A stretch of DNA of 64,000 nucleotides. Origin: Gemmatimonadales bacterium. Lineage in GTDB: Bacteria; Gemmatimonadota; Gemmatimonadetes; Gemmatimonadales; GWC2-71-9. The stretch lies in contig DASWEL010000058.1 in assembly GCA_036394755.1 (NCBI GenBank), forward strand, positions 15,827 through 79,826, given 5' to 3'. How positions within the stretch are numbered: the stretch's first letter is position 1; each line of letters begins with the position of its first letter. The notes beneath the pieces were generated by a model that did not search any database, was not told the DNA's origin, and saw only the letters and a list, made by a program, of their open reading frames with translations. Made by a program: the position numbers and the translations under genes. Of the stretch, positions 8,521 to 19,586 are shown one piece after another.

Positions 8521-10589
8521 CTCGGACGGATCGTCGGATCGTCGGATGGACGGATGGAGTTCGCACGGTTCTGGTGATCGCAGCGCTATCCGCCAATCCG
8601 GCCATCCGCCAATCCGCCGCTCAGTCATTCGAGCAACGCCTGCTCGCCGTTCCCGACACCGCCAGCGTGCGCCAGATGTCGCGCGATCTCTCAGCCGTCC
8701 CACACATGGCCGGCACTCCGGCACAGGCGGCGACGCGCGACTACGTGCTCGACCGCATGAGGTCGTGGGGGATCGACGCATGGAGCAAAGAGTACACCAT
8801 CTATCTGCCCCAGCCGGACACGGTAGCCGCGTGGATTATCTCGGGCCGGCGGGCGACCCCGCTCGCGCTGGCCGAGCCGGGTAAAGGTCCCCAGATCCCG
8901 CCGTTCAACGGCTACACCGGGGACGGGGACGCGACGGCGGACGTCGTCTACGTCAACTACGGCCTCATCGAAGACTACAAGACACTCGATTCCCTCGGCG
9001 TCAGTGTGACAGGCAAGATCGCGATCGTCCGCTACGGCCGGTCTTTCCGCGGCATCAAGGCGCGCGAGGCGCAGAAGCGCGGCGCGGTGGGGCTCATCGT
9101 GTATTCCGATCCGCAGGAGGACGGCTACTTCCGGGGCGATGTGTACCCCAAGGGGCCGATGCGCAACGCGGACGGGATCCAGCGCGGCAGCATGATGAAC
9201 GGCAACGGCGATCCCACGACGCCGAGCTGGTCGTCCGTCGAAGGGGCGCGCCGCCTTCCCGAAGATTCGCTCGACATCCCCAAGATTCCGATCATCCCGA
9301 TGAGTTACGGAAACGCGCGCCGCTTCCTCGAGCCGATGGCCGGACCGTCCGTGCCGCAGGGCTGGCAGGGCGGGCTGCCGTTCCATTATCACGTGGGGCC
9401 GGGGCCGGCGCGCGCGCGGTTGCACGTGAAGACCGAGCGTGGCGCTCGGGCCTTCCATAAGATCTGGAACACCGTCGGCATGATCCGCGGCAGTCGTTGG
9501 CCGGATGAATGGGTTGTGGTCGGCGGCCACCGCGACGCCTGGGGACCGGGCGCGCGCGACAATGTGAGCGGCACTGTGTGTGTGCTCGAGACGGCGCGCG
9601 CGTTTGCGACGCTCGCGCGCGACGGCCAGAAGCCCGCGCGCACCGTCGTCTTCGCGACCTGGGACGCCGAGGAGTGGGGGCTCATCGGTTCGACGGAATG
9701 GGTCGAGGAGCTCGAGGATACGCTGCGCGCGCACGTCGTCGCCTACATCAATGAAGACGGCACGTTTTCTGGTCCGAGCTTCGGCGGTGGCGGCTCCCCG
9801 TCGCTCAAGCCGCTGCTGCGCGCGGCGACGCGCGTCGTGCCCGATCCGGTGGGGCCCGGCACTGTGTACGACGTCTGGCTTAAGGCCCACAACGGCGACA
9901 CGACTGCCCTCACGATGGGCAATCTGGGCGGAGGATCGGACTTTTCCGGCTTCTATCATCACCTGGGAATTCCGTCGGGCGGCATCGGCTTCGACGGGCC
10001 GGACGGCATCTACCACTCGATGTACGACTCCTACGACTGGATGACGCGCTTCGGCGATCCGGCATACAAGGCGCATCGCGCCGGCGCGCAGCTCGTGGCG
10101 GTGATCATGGGCCGCCTCGCCAACAGCGAGCTGGTGCCGCTCGACTACGCCGCGTTCGGCACGGAGATGGACGGCCTGGTCGCGCAGCTCGATTCCGGCA
10201 TCGCCAAGAAGCACTGGACCCAGTCGGTGAGCACGCAGCCATTGAAGGACGCGCTAGATCGTTTCACCGCGGTAGCTCGTGCCTTTGGAACGGCGCGTGA
10301 CAACGCCGGAGCAGTGGACTCCGCCCGCGCCCAGGCGGTGAATCAGGCGCTCATGTTGGTCGAGCGCCGTCTGACTCGGCCCGAGGGTCTCGTGAGCCGG
10401 CCGTGGTTCAAGAGCCTACAATTCGCGGCGGACATCGACAACGGCTACGCGACGATGGCGTTCCCAACGGTCAATGAGGCCATTCGCTATGCGGACGCCG
10501 CCGCGGCCAACAAGGAGCTCACGGATCTCGTGAATCGGGTCGACCAGGCCCGCGCCGCGCTCGTGGAAGCGGCGGCGGCTCTTCGCTAG
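8517..10589 (+). CDS. M28 family peptidase with PA and transferrin-receptor-like dimerisation domains (glutamate carboxypeptidase II-like)
   Basis: ATG 8517 in an ATGA overlap with the upstream stop. Motifs GGHRDAWGPGARDNVSG and ATWDAEEWGLIGS. The ORF-track start 8397 lies inside the previous gene. Confidence 0.8.
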   Translation: MTRTDRRIVGWTDGVRTVLVIAALSANPAIRQSAAQSFEQRLLAVPDTASVRQMSRDLSAVPHMAGTPAQAATRDYVLDRMRSWGIDAWSKEYTIYLPQPDTVAAWIISGRRATPLALAEPGKGPQIPPFNGYTGDGDATADVVYVNYGLIEDYKTLDSLGVSVTGKIAIVRYGRSFRGIKAREAQKRGAVGLIVYSDPQEDGYFRGDVYPKGPMRNADGIQRGSMMNGNGDPTTPSWSSVEGARRLPEDSLDIPKIPIIPMSYGNARRFLEPMAGPSVPQGWQGGLPFHYHVGPGPARARLHVKTERGARAFHKIWNTVGMIRGSRWPDEWVVVGGHRDAWGPGARDNVSGTVCVLETARAFATLARDGQKPARTVVFATWDAEEWGLIGSTEWVEELEDTLRAHVVAYINEDGTFSGPSFGGGGSPSLKPLLRAATRVVPDPVGPGTVYDVWLKAHNGDTTALTMGNLGGGSDFSGFYHHLGIPSGGIGFDGPDGIYHSMYDSYDWMTRFGDPAYKAHRAGAQLVAVIMGRLANSELVPLDYAAFGTEMDGLVAQLDSGIAKKHWTQSVSTQPLKDALDRFTAVARAFGTARDNAGAVDSARAQAVNQALMLVERRLTRPEGLVSRPWFKSLQFAADIDNGYATMAFPTVNEAIRYADAAAANKELTDLVNRVDQARAALVEAAAALR

Positions 10590-10601
10590 ATTGGAGGTAC
10601 G

Positions 10602-11018
10602 ATGGAAGCCAGCGATCGTACGCGCATCGCCATCTACTACTCGATCTGGGCCACCATTTGCGCTGCGGTGGCCGGGCTCGTGGTCGCGCTGATCCACACC
10701 TGGTTCTTCAGCTACAATCCCGGCCGCTCGGCCGTCATTGAAACGCTCTTCAGCGGCGCCGTCGCTGCGGTAGGAATCGCTGCGGCGCAGGGTGCCGTCG
10801 CACTCGCTACGGGCAGCCTGTTGGCCCGGCTCGGACGGACGCTGCAGTACACCCTGCTGCTCGGGCTACTGATCGGCGTGTTCGACTTCGTGATGTACCT
10901 CCTGCAGATGGCCGTGCCGCGCACCGAGCTCGGGTGGATCCCCGATCTGGCCATCATCGTCGTGGTGACGGTCGCGATCACCGTAGCCGGGTCGCGCCGG
11001 GTGGCCGCCGCCGTGTGA
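10602..11018 (+). CDS. Hypothetical integral membrane protein (about 4 TM helices)
   Basis: GGAGG Shine-Dalgarno 7 nt upstream of the ATG. Hydrophobic translation with coding-like GC3. No family recognised. Confidence 0.5.
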   Translation: MEASDRTRIAIYYSIWATICAAVAGLVVALIHTWFFSYNPGRSAVIETLFSGAVAAVGIAAAQGAVALATGSLLARLGRTLQYTLLLGLLIGVFDFVMYLLQMAVPRTELGWIPDLAIIVVVTVAITVAGSRRVAAAV

Positions 11019-12889
11019 CCGACGAGCCGAAGGACCGCATCGAGCAGTTAGAGCGCCGGGTGGCGACGCTCGAAAACATGATGCGCCGCCTGACGTTCGT
11101 CGCCAATCCTGCCGAGCAACTCCGCAGCCCCTCCCGTCCCTCGACACCCAGACCGCAACTCACCCCAGTCGTACACGCAGCGATCCCCGACGCCCCCGCC
11201 GCTGCACGTGCAGGCGGCGACCTCGAGCAATGGTTCGGACAACGCGGTCTGCTCGCGGTCGGTGTGGCAGCGTTGCTCATCGCGGCGGCGCTCTTTCTCA
11301 AGTACGCGTTCGATCGTGGCTGGATCTCGCCGTTGTTGCGCGCGATCGGCGCGGTCGTCGCGGGGATCGCCGTCGCGGCCTGGGGGCACTACCGGATCGT
11401 GCGGGGAGGGGGAGGGGGCATGCGCCGGTTCGGCGCCGCCATGATCGGGGCGGGCGGCGGCCTCGTGTATCTCGGTCTGTGGGCGGCCGCGGGACCGTAC
11501 GCGCTCATGGAGCGCCGCGTCGGCATCGTGCTGTTGGCTGTGACGACCGTCGCGGTCACAATGCTCGCGCTGCATCACGAGATCGAGGGCCTCGCCATTT
11601 GGGCGCTGTGCGGAGCGTATCTCGCGCCGCTGATCCTCGCGACCGCCCCCAATCCCCAAGGGTTCCTCGCCTATCTCGAGGTGATCGGACTCGGCACCGC
11701 CATCACCGCGTACGCGATGAACTGGCGGGTGACGTTCAATCTCGCCCTGTTCGGATATCTGACCCTTGCGGGCGCCGGGGCCGCACCGGCGATCGCCGCA
11801 CCCCTCGGCGCCTGGATGGTCGCGGCGGGGGCGCTCCTCGCGCTGCACGTGACAATGCAGCGTTCGTGGCCCGAGGTTCGACTGGGCGTGCTGCTGTGGT
11901 CGTGGGTGATTCTGGGAATTGGTCTGGGCGATGGCGTGGGCTCGGAGAGCGCGCGTTGGCTTGCGCTGGGGGCCGCGGCCGCGATCACGGGCGTGCTGTG
12001 GTGGCAGCAGTTCCGGCGCGACCCGTTCAGTGCGGAGACGGAGCGCACGCTCGGACTGACGGGAGCGAGCGTCGAGCGATTCCTGTTCGTCACGAACGGG
12101 ATGGCGTTCATGCTGCTCGCCAACGCGGCCGACCTGCGCTTCATCGACGGGTCATTTGAGATCGTCCCGGCGACGCTCGCCGCGGTCTATCTGCCGGCCG
12201 GCTGGTTCCGCCGCAGCGCGTCTCACCTGATTGCCGGGTTCCTGCTCGTCGCCTTGGCCGTCGCGTTCGCGTGGCCGGCGTCGAGCGTTGCGATCGGGTG
12301 GACCGTGCTCGCCCTGGCGGCGCTCGCCGCCGAGCGCGAAGGCGGCCGGCCCGGAGGACGCTACGCAGCGGTCACGCTCGCGACGGCGGCATGGGTGTGC
12401 CTCTTCTCGGTGGCGCTCTTTTATCGCGGGTTCCTGGCGAGCAAGTCATCGCTTCTCGTCGACTCCTGGGCGCTGGCACTCTATGCCTTCGTCGCTGGTA
12501 CCGCGGTCGCCGCCTACTGGTGGGGGACGGAAGGACGATCGGTCCGCGCGATGTGGGGCCTCTGCGGTTCCGCCGTCTTCGCGGGCGGATCGATTCAGTT
12601 TCAGAGCAACTTCGAACGTCTGGCCCCGCTCGCGGGCGATCTCACGCTGAGCGTGTGGTGGCTGCTGTTTGCCGGTGGGCTCGTGTTCCTCGGGTTTCGC
12701 CTGAATCACAAGCTCATCCGCTCGATCGGGCTGGCGGTGGCGGCATTCGCCGGGCTCAAGATTGTGCTCTACGACTTGTCGAATTTGGAGGCGCTGTATA
12801 GGGTAGGATCCTTCTTTGCGCTGGCGATGATCGCGCTTGCCGTGGCATATGCCTACAATCAAAAGGCGAGAGTGGCTCAGAATCCCTAG
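11015..12889 (+). CDS. DUF2339 domain-containing polytopic membrane protein
   Basis: GTG 11015 in a GTGA overlap. N-terminal coiled segment [21 protein letters not shown] followed by many TM helices, the usual DUF2339 layout. Confidence 0.65.
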   Translation: MTDEPKDRIEQLERRVATLENMMRRLTFVANPAEQLRSPSRPSTPRPQLTPVVHAAIPDAPAAARAGGDLEQWFGQRGLLAVGVAALLIAAALFLKYAFDRGWISPLLRAIGAVVAGIAVAAWGHYRIVRGGGGGMRRFGAAMIGAGGGLVYLGLWAAAGPYALMERRVGIVLLAVTTVAVTMLALHHEIEGLAIWALCGAYLAPLILATAPNPQGFLAYLEVIGLGTAITAYAMNWRVTFNLALFGYLTLAGAGAAPAIAAPLGAWMVAAGALLALHVTMQRSWPEVRLGVLLWSWVILGIGLGDGVGSESARWLALGAAAAITGVLWWQQFRRDPFSAETERTLGLTGASVERFLFVTNGMAFMLLANAADLRFIDGSFEIVPATLAAVYLPAGWFRRSASHLIAGFLLVALAVAFAWPASSVAIGWTVLALAALAAEREGGRPGGRYAAVTLATAAWVCLFSVALFYRGFLASKSSLLVDSWALALYAFVAGTAVAAYWWGTEGRSVRAMWGLCGSAVFAGGSIQFQSNFERLAPLAGDLTLSVWWLLFAGGLVFLGFRLNHKLIRSIGLAVAAFAGLKIVLYDLSNLEALYRVGSFFALAMIALAVAYAYNQKARVAQNP

Positions 12890-13446
12890 AGTCTGGGCAG
12901 TGTGATGCCTCGTTGAGCCTGATACTTTCCCTTTTTGTCCTTGTACGACACTTCACACTCATCGCCTTCGTCAGCGGTAAAGAAGAGGACCTGCGCAATC
13001 CCTTCGTTTGCGTAGATCTTCGCGGGCAAGGGTGTCGTGTTACTGATTTCTAATGTCACAAACCCTTCCCACTCCGGCTCAAATGGCGTCACATTCACGA
13101 TAATTCCACACCGCGCGTACGTGCTCTTGCCGACGCAAATCGTGAGACAGTTACGCGGGATGCGGAAATACTCAATGGAGCTGGCGAGGGCAAAGGAATT
13201 CGGCGGCACGATGCAGACGTCGCCCGCGAACTCGACGAACGATTTCGGATCGAATCGCTTCGGATCGACGACCGCCGACAACGCGTTCGTGAAAATCTTG
13301 AACTCCGGCGCGACCCGCATGTCGTAGCCGTAGGATGAAACGCCGTAGGAGATGACGCCCTCGCGCACCTGCCGGTCCGCGAACGGCTCGATCATCCCGT
13401 GCTGCTTGGACATTTTCGTAATCCAGCGATCAGATTTGATTGACAT
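12886..13446 (-). CDS. dcd: dCTP deaminase
   Basis: MSIKSDRWI...[12 protein letters not shown] and [11 protein letters not shown] motifs. 186 aa, the typical Dcd length. Confidence 0.92.
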   Translation of the reverse strand: MSIKSDRWITKMSKQHGMIEPFADRQVREGVISYGVSSYGYDMRVAPEFKIFTNALSAVVDPKRFDPKSFVEFAGDVCIVPPNSFALASSIEYFRIPRNCLTICVGKSTYARCGIIVNVTPFEPEWEGFVTLEISNTTPLPAKIYANEGIAQVLFFTADEGDECEVSYKDKKGKYQAQRGITLPRL

Positions 13447-13491
13447 GCGGCGGCAATGTAACGACGTCAGCTTGACTTATGCAGAGCCTTA

Positions 13492-13878
13492 GTGAATTTT
13501 TTCACGAGCGTCATGCAGCCCTATATCCCGTTCCTCATGCTGCTCGGTCTCGCCATCGTCGCGGCGACGACGTTGATCGTGGGATCGCATTTCCTCGGGC
13601 CGCGGCGCCCGACCGACATCAAGGAACGGCCCTACGAGAGCGGCATGCCGCCCCTCGGCAGCGCTCACGAGCGCTTCTCCGTCAAGTTCTACCTCGTCGC
13701 AGTGCTCTTCATTCTCTTCGACATCGAAACCGTATTTCTGATCCCGTGGGCCGTCATCTTCATGGGGACTGGCACCGCGACCACCGGCTTTCTCCTCGTC
13801 GAGATGCTCGTCTTCATGCTGGTCCTGTTCGTGGGATACGTTTACGTATGGAAGCGGGGCGCGTTCCAATGGGATTGA
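13492..13878 (+). CDS. nuoA: NADH-quinone oxidoreductase subunit A
   Basis: PYESGMPP...[12 protein letters not shown] motifs. Alternative ATG start at 13513. Confidence 0.9.
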   Translation: MNFFTSVMQPYIPFLMLLGLAIVAATTLIVGSHFLGPRRPTDIKERPYESGMPPLGSAHERFSVKFYLVAVLFILFDIETVFLIPWAVIFMGTGTATTGFLLVEMLVFMLVLFVGYVYVWKRGAFQWD

Positions 13879-13882
13879 CCAT

Positions 13883-14503
13883 ATGAAGCATGTCGCCACA
13901 ACCAAAGCAGTCAGCGGCCAAAGCCCCAATTACCTGGTGGCCAAGTTCCAGGACCTCGTGAACTGGGCCGTGAATTCCTCGCGCGCCAATTCGCTGTGGC
14001 CAATGCCGTTCGGCACCGCCTGCTGCGCCATCGAGTTCATGGCCACCGCCGCGAGCCGATTCGACTTCGCGCGCTTCGGCATGGAGCGCCAGGCGTTCTC
14101 CCCGCGCCAGGCGGACGTGCTGATCTGCGCCGGCCGGCTGCCGTTCAAGCTCGCGCCCGTGATCCGGCGCATCTACGACCAGATGCCGCAGCCCAAGTGG
14201 GTGATTTCGATGGGCGCGTGCGCATCGACCGGCGGCGTGTTCGACAATTACGCGATGGTGCAGGGCATCGATACCATCGTCCCCGTGGACGTATACGTCC
14301 CCGGCTGCCCGCCGCGGCCGGAAGGACTGCTGTACGGGATCCTGCTGCTCCACAAGAAGATCAAGGGCGAATCGCTGTTCGATGCCGTCAAGCGGCGCGA
14401 AGAACAGCCGCTCGACGACAAAGGACTGCGGCTGGCGCCCGAGACCATCGACGAGATCTCCGAGCCGTTCGGCAACTCCGTCCACCAATTTCGTTCGTCG
14501 TGA
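13883..14503 (+). CDS. nuoB: NADH-quinone oxidoreductase subunit B
   Basis: N2 cluster ligands in [14 protein letters not shown] and PGCPPRP. Confidence 0.95.
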   Translation: MKHVATTKAVSGQSPNYLVAKFQDLVNWAVNSSRANSLWPMPFGTACCAIEFMATAASRFDFARFGMERQAFSPRQADVLICAGRLPFKLAPVIRRIYDQMPQPKWVISMGACASTGGVFDNYAMVQGIDTIVPVDVYVPGCPPRPEGLLYGILLLHKKIKGESLFDAVKRREEQPLDDKGLRLAPETIDEISEPFGNSVHQFRSS

Positions 14504-15105
14504 GTAGCGCTTCTCCGGTTCCAGGGGCCGTGCGCACGGAAGTCGCGCGCGATGGCGAGACGATTGTGTTCGTCGCGCGGGAGCGCCTGCTCGAGGCGAT
14601 GACGTGGCTCAAGGAAACGCCGGGCCAGGAATTCGATTATCTGGTGGACGTGACAGCCGTCGAATTCCGCGATCGCGAGCGCCCGCTCGAAGTCGTGTAC
14701 TTCCTCCGTTCCCTGACGCGGCGCGCCGATATTCGGATCAAGGTCGAGCTGAACGCCGCGGACGAGCTGGCCGTGGATTCGGTCTTTCACCTGTGGCACG
14801 GCGCCGATTGGTTGGAGCGGGAAGTCTTCGACATGTTCGGAATCACGTTCCGCGGTCACCCCGATCTGCGCCGCATCCTGATGTGGGAGACTTACGCCGA
14901 GGGCTACCCGCTGCGGAAGAGTTTCCCGCTGCGCGGCCGCTTCTCACGAGCCGAGCAGGTGCGCCAGGCGCTCAACGTCAATCCGGAAGCGAATTACTCG
15001 CTGGAAGAGCTGTCGATCGCGGAGGCCGCCGGCGATCTCCCCGACGACATGCGGGACCGGCTGCGGCGCGGTGAGCGCGGCATCATTCCGGAGCCCCCAC
15101 AGTGA
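14500..15105 (+). CDS. nuoC: NADH-quinone oxidoreductase subunit C
   Basis: GTG 14500 in a GTGA overlap with the nuoB stop. [17 protein letters not shown] motif. The ORF-track start 13996 is an out-of-gene extension. Confidence 0.9.
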   Translation: MSSASPVPGAVRTEVARDGETIVFVARERLLEAMTWLKETPGQEFDYLVDVTAVEFRDRERPLEVVYFLRSLTRRADIRIKVELNAADELAVDSVFHLWHGADWLEREVFDMFGITFRGHPDLRRILMWETYAEGYPLRKSFPLRGRFSRAEQVRQALNVNPEANYSLEELSIAEAAGDLPDDMRDRLRRGERGIIPEPPQ

Positions 15106-16370
15106 GCAAGCGCACCCTCGAGCTCGAGCTCGCCACCCCGGGCGTAGACGCCCAGGGCCGCGCGACGCGCGTCCCGCTCACCGCCGAGGGAGAGCCGGGT
15201 CTCGCCGAACAGCACATGCTCGTCAACATCGGCCCGCAACATCCCGCCACGCACGGCGTGCTGCGGCTGGTGGTCGAGCTCGATGGCGAGACCGTCGTGC
15301 GCTGCATCCCGCACCTCGGCTACCTGCACTCCGGCTTCGAGAAGCTCGGCGAGTACCGGCACTACAACCAGATCATCCCGCTCACCGACCGGACCGACTA
15401 TTTGTCGCCGATGGCGAACAACGTCGGCTTCGCTATGGCCGCCGAGAAGTTGATGGGGATCGAGATCACGCCGCGCTGCACGGTGTTGCGCGTGATCGCC
15501 TGCGAGATGAGCCGCATCATTTCGCATATGGTATGGCTGGGCACGACGTCGATCGACCTCGGCGCGTTCACGCCGTTCCTGTGGGCCTTCCAGGAGCGCG
15601 AGCGGATCTACGATCTCCAGGAGATGTGGACCGGCGCCCGGCTGACGACGAGCCTCACCCGCGTCGGCGGGCTGATGGCCGACATTCCGGACGGGTTCGT
15701 CGAGAAACTACGTCACTTCACGCAAACCTTCCCGAAGACGCTGGGCGAAATCGATCGGGTGCTCACGCGCAACGCCGTGTGGGCGGGCCGCACGCAGGGC
15801 GTCGGCGCGCTCACCGCGGCCGAGGCGATCAATCATTCGCTCTCCGGCCCGATGCTGCGCGCCAGCGGCGTAGCATACGACGTCCGCAAGGACAAGCCAT
15901 ATCTGGGCTACGAGACCTACGACTTCGATATCGTGGTGGGCGAACACGGCGACGTGTTCGACCGCTATCTCGTGCGCCTCGAGGAGTGTCACCAGTCGAA
16001 CCGGATTCTCCAGCAGGCGCTCGACCGGCTGCCGGACGGCCCGATCAACGTGGACGACCCCAGAGTCATTCTCCCCTCCAAAACGCGCGCCATGAGCGAC
16101 ATGGAAGCCATGATCTTCCACTTCAAGCAGGTCATGGAAGGCGTGAAAGCGCCGGTGGGCGAGGCGTACGTCGGCATCGAGAATCCCAAGGGCGAGCTCG
16201 GCACCTACCTCGTGTCCGACGGGACGGCAAAGCCGGTGCGCTGGCGCATCCGGCCGCCCTCCTTCATCAATCTGTCCGCATTGCCCCGGATGGCCCAAGG
16301 CCATCTGCTGTCCGACCTGATCGCGATCAACGCGTCCGTGGACATCGTAATGGGTGAGGTCGATCGATGA
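15102..16370 (+). CDS. nuoD: NADH-quinone oxidoreductase subunit D
   Basis: NIGPQHPATHGVLRL and a conserved C-terminal IMGEVDR. Confidence 0.95.
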   Translation: MSKRTLELELATPGVDAQGRATRVPLTAEGEPGLAEQHMLVNIGPQHPATHGVLRLVVELDGETVVRCIPHLGYLHSGFEKLGEYRHYNQIIPLTDRTDYLSPMANNVGFAMAAEKLMGIEITPRCTVLRVIACEMSRIISHMVWLGTTSIDLGAFTPFLWAFQERERIYDLQEMWTGARLTTSLTRVGGLMADIPDGFVEKLRHFTQTFPKTLGEIDRVLTRNAVWAGRTQGVGALTAAEAINHSLSGPMLRASGVAYDVRKDKPYLGYETYDFDIVVGEHGDVFDRYLVRLEECHQSNRILQQALDRLPDGPINVDDPRVILPSKTRAMSDMEAMIFHFKQVMEGVKAPVGEAYVGIENPKGELGTYLVSDGTAKPVRWRIRPPSFINLSALPRMAQGHLLSDLIAINASVDIVMGEVDR

Positions 16371-16861
16371 CGGTGCAGGAGGACTACCAGCCGGTCTTCA
16401 CCGGGAAAGTGCTGGAAGAGCTGCAGACGGTGCTCCAGCGCTATCCCAACAAGCAGGCCGCGCTGCTGCCCGCGCTGTGGCTCGCGCAGCGCGAGCACGG
16501 CTGGATCTCCGATCGCATCATGGCCGAGGTGGCGGAGGTGCTGGGCCTGACGCCGGCGTACGTGAAGGGCGTCGTGACCTTCTATACGATGTATCACCAG
16601 CATCCCGTCGGGAAAAACTTCGTGCAGGTGTGCACGACGTCGCCCTGCAACATCTGCGGCGCCGAGGAGGTGCTGAAGGCGCTGTTGGAGCACAGTGGTG
16701 CGGGCGACGCGGGAGCGACGAGTCCCGATGGCAAGTGGACCATCGTCGAGGTCGAGTGTCTCGGCGCTTGCGGCTTTGCCACGCCGATCCTGATCAACGA
16801 CGACTTCATTGAAAGCGTCACACCGGACAAGGTCGCCGAGCTCGTGAGGAAGTATCGCTGA
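16367..16861 (+). CDS. nuoE: NADH-quinone oxidoreductase subunit E
   Basis: 24-kDa subunit 2Fe-2S ligands (CTTSPCNICG ... ECLGACG). Confidence 0.93.
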   Translation: MTVQEDYQPVFTGKVLEELQTVLQRYPNKQAALLPALWLAQREHGWISDRIMAEVAEVLGLTPAYVKGVVTFYTMYHQHPVGKNFVQVCTTSPCNICGAEEVLKALLEHSGAGDAGATSPDGKWTIVEVECLGACGFATPILINDDFIESVTPDKVAELVRKYR

Positions 16862-18144
16862 TGGGATACCCTCATAAGCCTCACGCGAAAGAAACGGTCG
16901 TGCTGTCGCAGTATTTCGGCGACGCCGACGCGCGAACCATCAAGGGCTGGATCAAGCGTGGCGGCTATGAAGCGCTGGCCCAGGCTCTCAAGATGGATCC
17001 CGTCGCCGTAACCGATATCGTCAAGGAATCGGGACTGCGGGGGCGGGGCGGGGCCGGGTTCCCGACCGGTCTGAAGTGGTCGTTCATGCCCAAGGAGAAA
17101 AAGCGTCCTCACTATCTGTGTGTAAATGCAGATGAGTCAGAACCCGGGACGTTCAAGGACCGGGAGATCATGCGGTGGACGCCGCACGCGCTCCTCGAGG
17201 GCACCGCGATCGCGGCGCACGCGATCCGCGCCGAGGTCGCCTACATCTACATTCGCGGCGAGTTCACCGAGCCGTGGACGATCATGGAGCGAGCGCTCGC
17301 CGAGGCGAATGCGGCGGACGTGTTCGGTAACATCAAGATCCATCTGCATCGCGGCGCGGGGGCCTACATCTGTGGCGAAGAGACCGCCCTGATGAATTCG
17401 ATCGAGGGCAAGCGCGGCAACCCGCGGATCAAGCCGCCGTTCCCGGCGGCCGCCGGGTTGTTCGGGCTGCCGACGACGATCAACAACGTCGAGACGCTCG
17501 CCGCCGTGCCGCACATCATCAAGCGCGGCGCCGCCTGGTACAAGGGGCTGTGCCTGTCGAATCCCAAGAGCACCGGCACGAAGCTCTTCTCCGTGTGCGG
17601 GCACGTGCAGCGACCGGGCAACTACGAAGTCACGATGGGATTTCCGCTGAAGGACCTGCTCTATGACATGTGCGGCGGCCCGCCCGCGGGCCGCACGCTC
17701 AAGGCGTGCATCCCCGGCGGCTCGTCGGTCCCGATTCTGACGCGGGAAGAAACCGAAGCGACGCTCCTCGACTACGAAGGCGTCGTGGCCCAGGGCTCGA
17801 TGCTCGGCTCGGGCGGCGTAATCGTGTTCGACGACTCGGCCGACATGGTCTATCAAATCATGCGCCTCGCCCGTTTCTATGCGCATGAGTCGTGCGCGCA
17901 GTGCACGCAGTGCCGCGAGGGCACCGCGTGGACCACCAGGATCATGGAGCGGATCCTGGCCGGGCAGGGCAAGACCAAAGACCTCGACTTACTCCTCGAT
18001 CTCTCCGAGAACATGACGGGCAAGACCATTTGCGTGCTGTCGGATTCGTGCGCCGCTCCCATCGTGAGCGGGATCAAGAAATTCCGCGTCGAATTCGAGG
18101 CATACCTTGCGGGCAAGCGTCCGGTACCGGTGATGGTGGGCTGA
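16861..18144 (+). CDS. nuoF: NADH-quinone oxidoreductase subunit F
   Basis: GRGGAGFPTGLKW, YICGEETAL and ESCAQCTQCREG motifs. Confidence 0.95.
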   Translation: MGYPHKPHAKETVVLSQYFGDADARTIKGWIKRGGYEALAQALKMDPVAVTDIVKESGLRGRGGAGFPTGLKWSFMPKEKKRPHYLCVNADESEPGTFKDREIMRWTPHALLEGTAIAAHAIRAEVAYIYIRGEFTEPWTIMERALAEANAADVFGNIKIHLHRGAGAYICGEETALMNSIEGKRGNPRIKPPFPAAAGLFGLPTTINNVETLAAVPHIIKRGAAWYKGLCLSNPKSTGTKLFSVCGHVQRPGNYEVTMGFPLKDLLYDMCGGPPAGRTLKACIPGGSSVPILTREETEATLLDYEGVVAQGSMLGSGGVIVFDDSADMVYQIMRLARFYAHESCAQCTQCREGTAWTTRIMERILAGQGKTKDLDLLLDLSENMTGKTICVLSDSCAAPIVSGIKKFRVEFEAYLAGKRPVPVMVG

Positions 18145-19586
18145 TGGCTGATGGCTTGATAAACCTGACGATCGACGGCGCTCCCGTGAGCGTTCCCCCC
18201 GGCACGCTCGTCATCGAAGCGGCGAAGCAGGCGGGCGTCCTGGTGCCGCACTACTGCTATCACCCGGGGTTGCCCGTCGCCGGCGTCTGCCGGATGTGTC
18301 TGGTCGAGATCGAAAAAGCGCCCAAGCTCCAGATCGCGTGCGCGACGACCGTCACCGAGGGGATGGTCGTCAAGACTCAAGCCCCGGCGGCGAAGGACGC
18401 GCGCCAGAGCGTGCTCGAATTCCTGCTCATCAATCATCCGCTCGATTGCCCGATTTGCGATCAAGCCGGCGAGTGCGAGCTCCAGGATTTCGTCTTCCAG
18501 GAAGGCCAGCCGGGCACGCGCTACGGGGAGTTTGCCAAGCGGTTCAATCCCGTCGAGGACTTCGGTCCCGACGTCCTGTACGTCCCCAATCGCTGCATCC
18601 TGTGCACGCGCTGCGTCCGCTTCATGGAGGACGTGGCGCAAGAGCCAGTGCTCAACGTGTCCGAGCGCGGCGACCGCGCCTTCATCGGCATTCATCCTGA
18701 GGCCCGGCTCGACCATCCCTGGGCCGGCAACGTCGTCGATCTCTGTCCCGTCGGCTCGCTGCTCTCCAAGGATTTCCTACACAAGGCCCGCGCCTGGGAG
18801 CTCGACAAGACGGCATCGATCTGCACCGGCTGCTCACAAGGGTGCAACATCACGCTCGACACGCGCGACGAAGTCGTCGTCCGCGTGCGCCCACGGCCGA
18901 ACCTCGACATCAACCGCTATTTCATCTGCGACCACGGCCGCATGCACTATCGCTGGATGAACCGCGGCGACCGCATCGAAGCGCCGCTCGTCAAGAAGGA
19001 CGGCGGGCTGCACGCGACCGACTGGGACGAAGCCTTCGCACGCGTCCTGGCGATTCTGCGCGGGGCGTCGGGCAAGGCGGTGGCATTGGTATCGCCGGGC
19101 GCCTCGAGTGAAGCGCTGGCGGCGGCCAAGCGGCTCCTGTCCGGCTTCAGCTGGACGGGGGCGTTCCAGGTGGTGATGGGCGAGGAAGCGCCGCTCGCCG
19201 GGATTCCGAATCTCGCCCTCCGGGCCGAGCGCGCGCCCAATGCGAAGGGCGCCGAGCTGCTCGGATACACGCGCGACTACGCGCAGGCGCTCGCCACCGC
19301 GAAGTCGGCAGCCGTCGTCCTCGTGCTCGATGAGCCCGACTGCGCCGTCGAAACGGACGGCGCGCTGATCTATGTCGGCAGCGTACTCGGCGAGGATGCG
19401 GCGTGCCGACGTGCCGACGTGATCTTGCCGATCGCCAACGTGGCGGAGGAGGAAGGCACGTTCGTGAACCGCGACGGGCGCGAGCAGCGCTACTTCCAGG
19501 CCAAGCCCGCGCCGGGGATGGCGCAGCCGGCGGCCTGGGTGCTCGCACAGCTGGCTCAGACGATGGGCCTCGCGGCAGTGCCATGA
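18144..19586 (+). CDS. nuoG: NADH-quinone oxidoreductase subunit G (short form, 480 aa)
   Basis: ATG 18144 overlaps the nuoF stop by 1 nt. 2Fe-2S and 4Fe-4S motifs (CYHPGLPVAGVCRMC, HPLDCPICDQAGEC, CILCTRCVRF). The C-terminal molybdopterin-like region is short. Confidence 0.88.
   Translation: MADGLINLTIDGAPVSVPPGTLVIEAAKQAGVLVPHYCYHPGLPVAGVCRMCLVEIEKAPKLQIACATTVTEGMVVKTQAPAAKDARQSVLEFLLINHPLDCPICDQAGECELQDFVFQEGQPGTRYGEFAKRFNPVEDFGPDVLYVPNRCILCTRCVRFMEDVAQEPVLNVSERGDRAFIGIHPEARLDHPWAGNVVDLCPVGSLLSKDFLHKARAWELDKTASICTGCSQGCNITLDTRDEVVVRVRPRPNLDINRYFICDHGRMHYRWMNRGDRIEAPLVKKDGGLHATDWDEAFARVLAILRGASGKAVALVSPGASSEALAAAKRLLSGFSWTGAFQVVMGEEAPLAGIPNLALRAERAPNAKGAELLGYTRDYAQALATAKSAAVVLVLDEPDCAVETDGALIYVGSVLGEDAACRRADVILPIANVAEEEGTFVNRDGREQRYFQAKPAPGMAQPAAWVLAQLAQTMGLAAVP

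Noticed and set aside
11382-11418. G-tract cluster (GGGGG...GGGG-A-GGGGG-A-GGGGG) inside the DUF2339 gene as a second G-quadruplex.
   Set aside because: The first loop would be 16 nt long. The tract encodes a Gly run (RGGGGGM) in a loop of a membrane protein, so coding constraint is a sufficient explanation. Kept only as a low-priority note.
12465-12485. TGGCAC hexamers (also near 950, 13790, 14800, 22140, 30980, 41770) as sigma-54 promoters, given rpoN in the window.
   Set aside because: None has TTGC at the required spacing (GG-N10-GC), and all lie inside coding regions. No convincing -24/-12 promoter was found by eye in any intergenic gap.
13996-14499. Long N-terminal extensions in the ORF track: nuoC from 13996, nuoG from 17892, nuoH from 19403, nuoM from 23855, sucD from 31728, fabH from 35652, mqnC from 42152, pyrG from 51870, and others.
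   Set aside because: These extensions are Arg/Pro-rich out-of-frame read-through of the upstream gene. In every case a canonical start sits in a 1- or 4-nt overlap with the upstream stop and gives a normal-length conserved protein.
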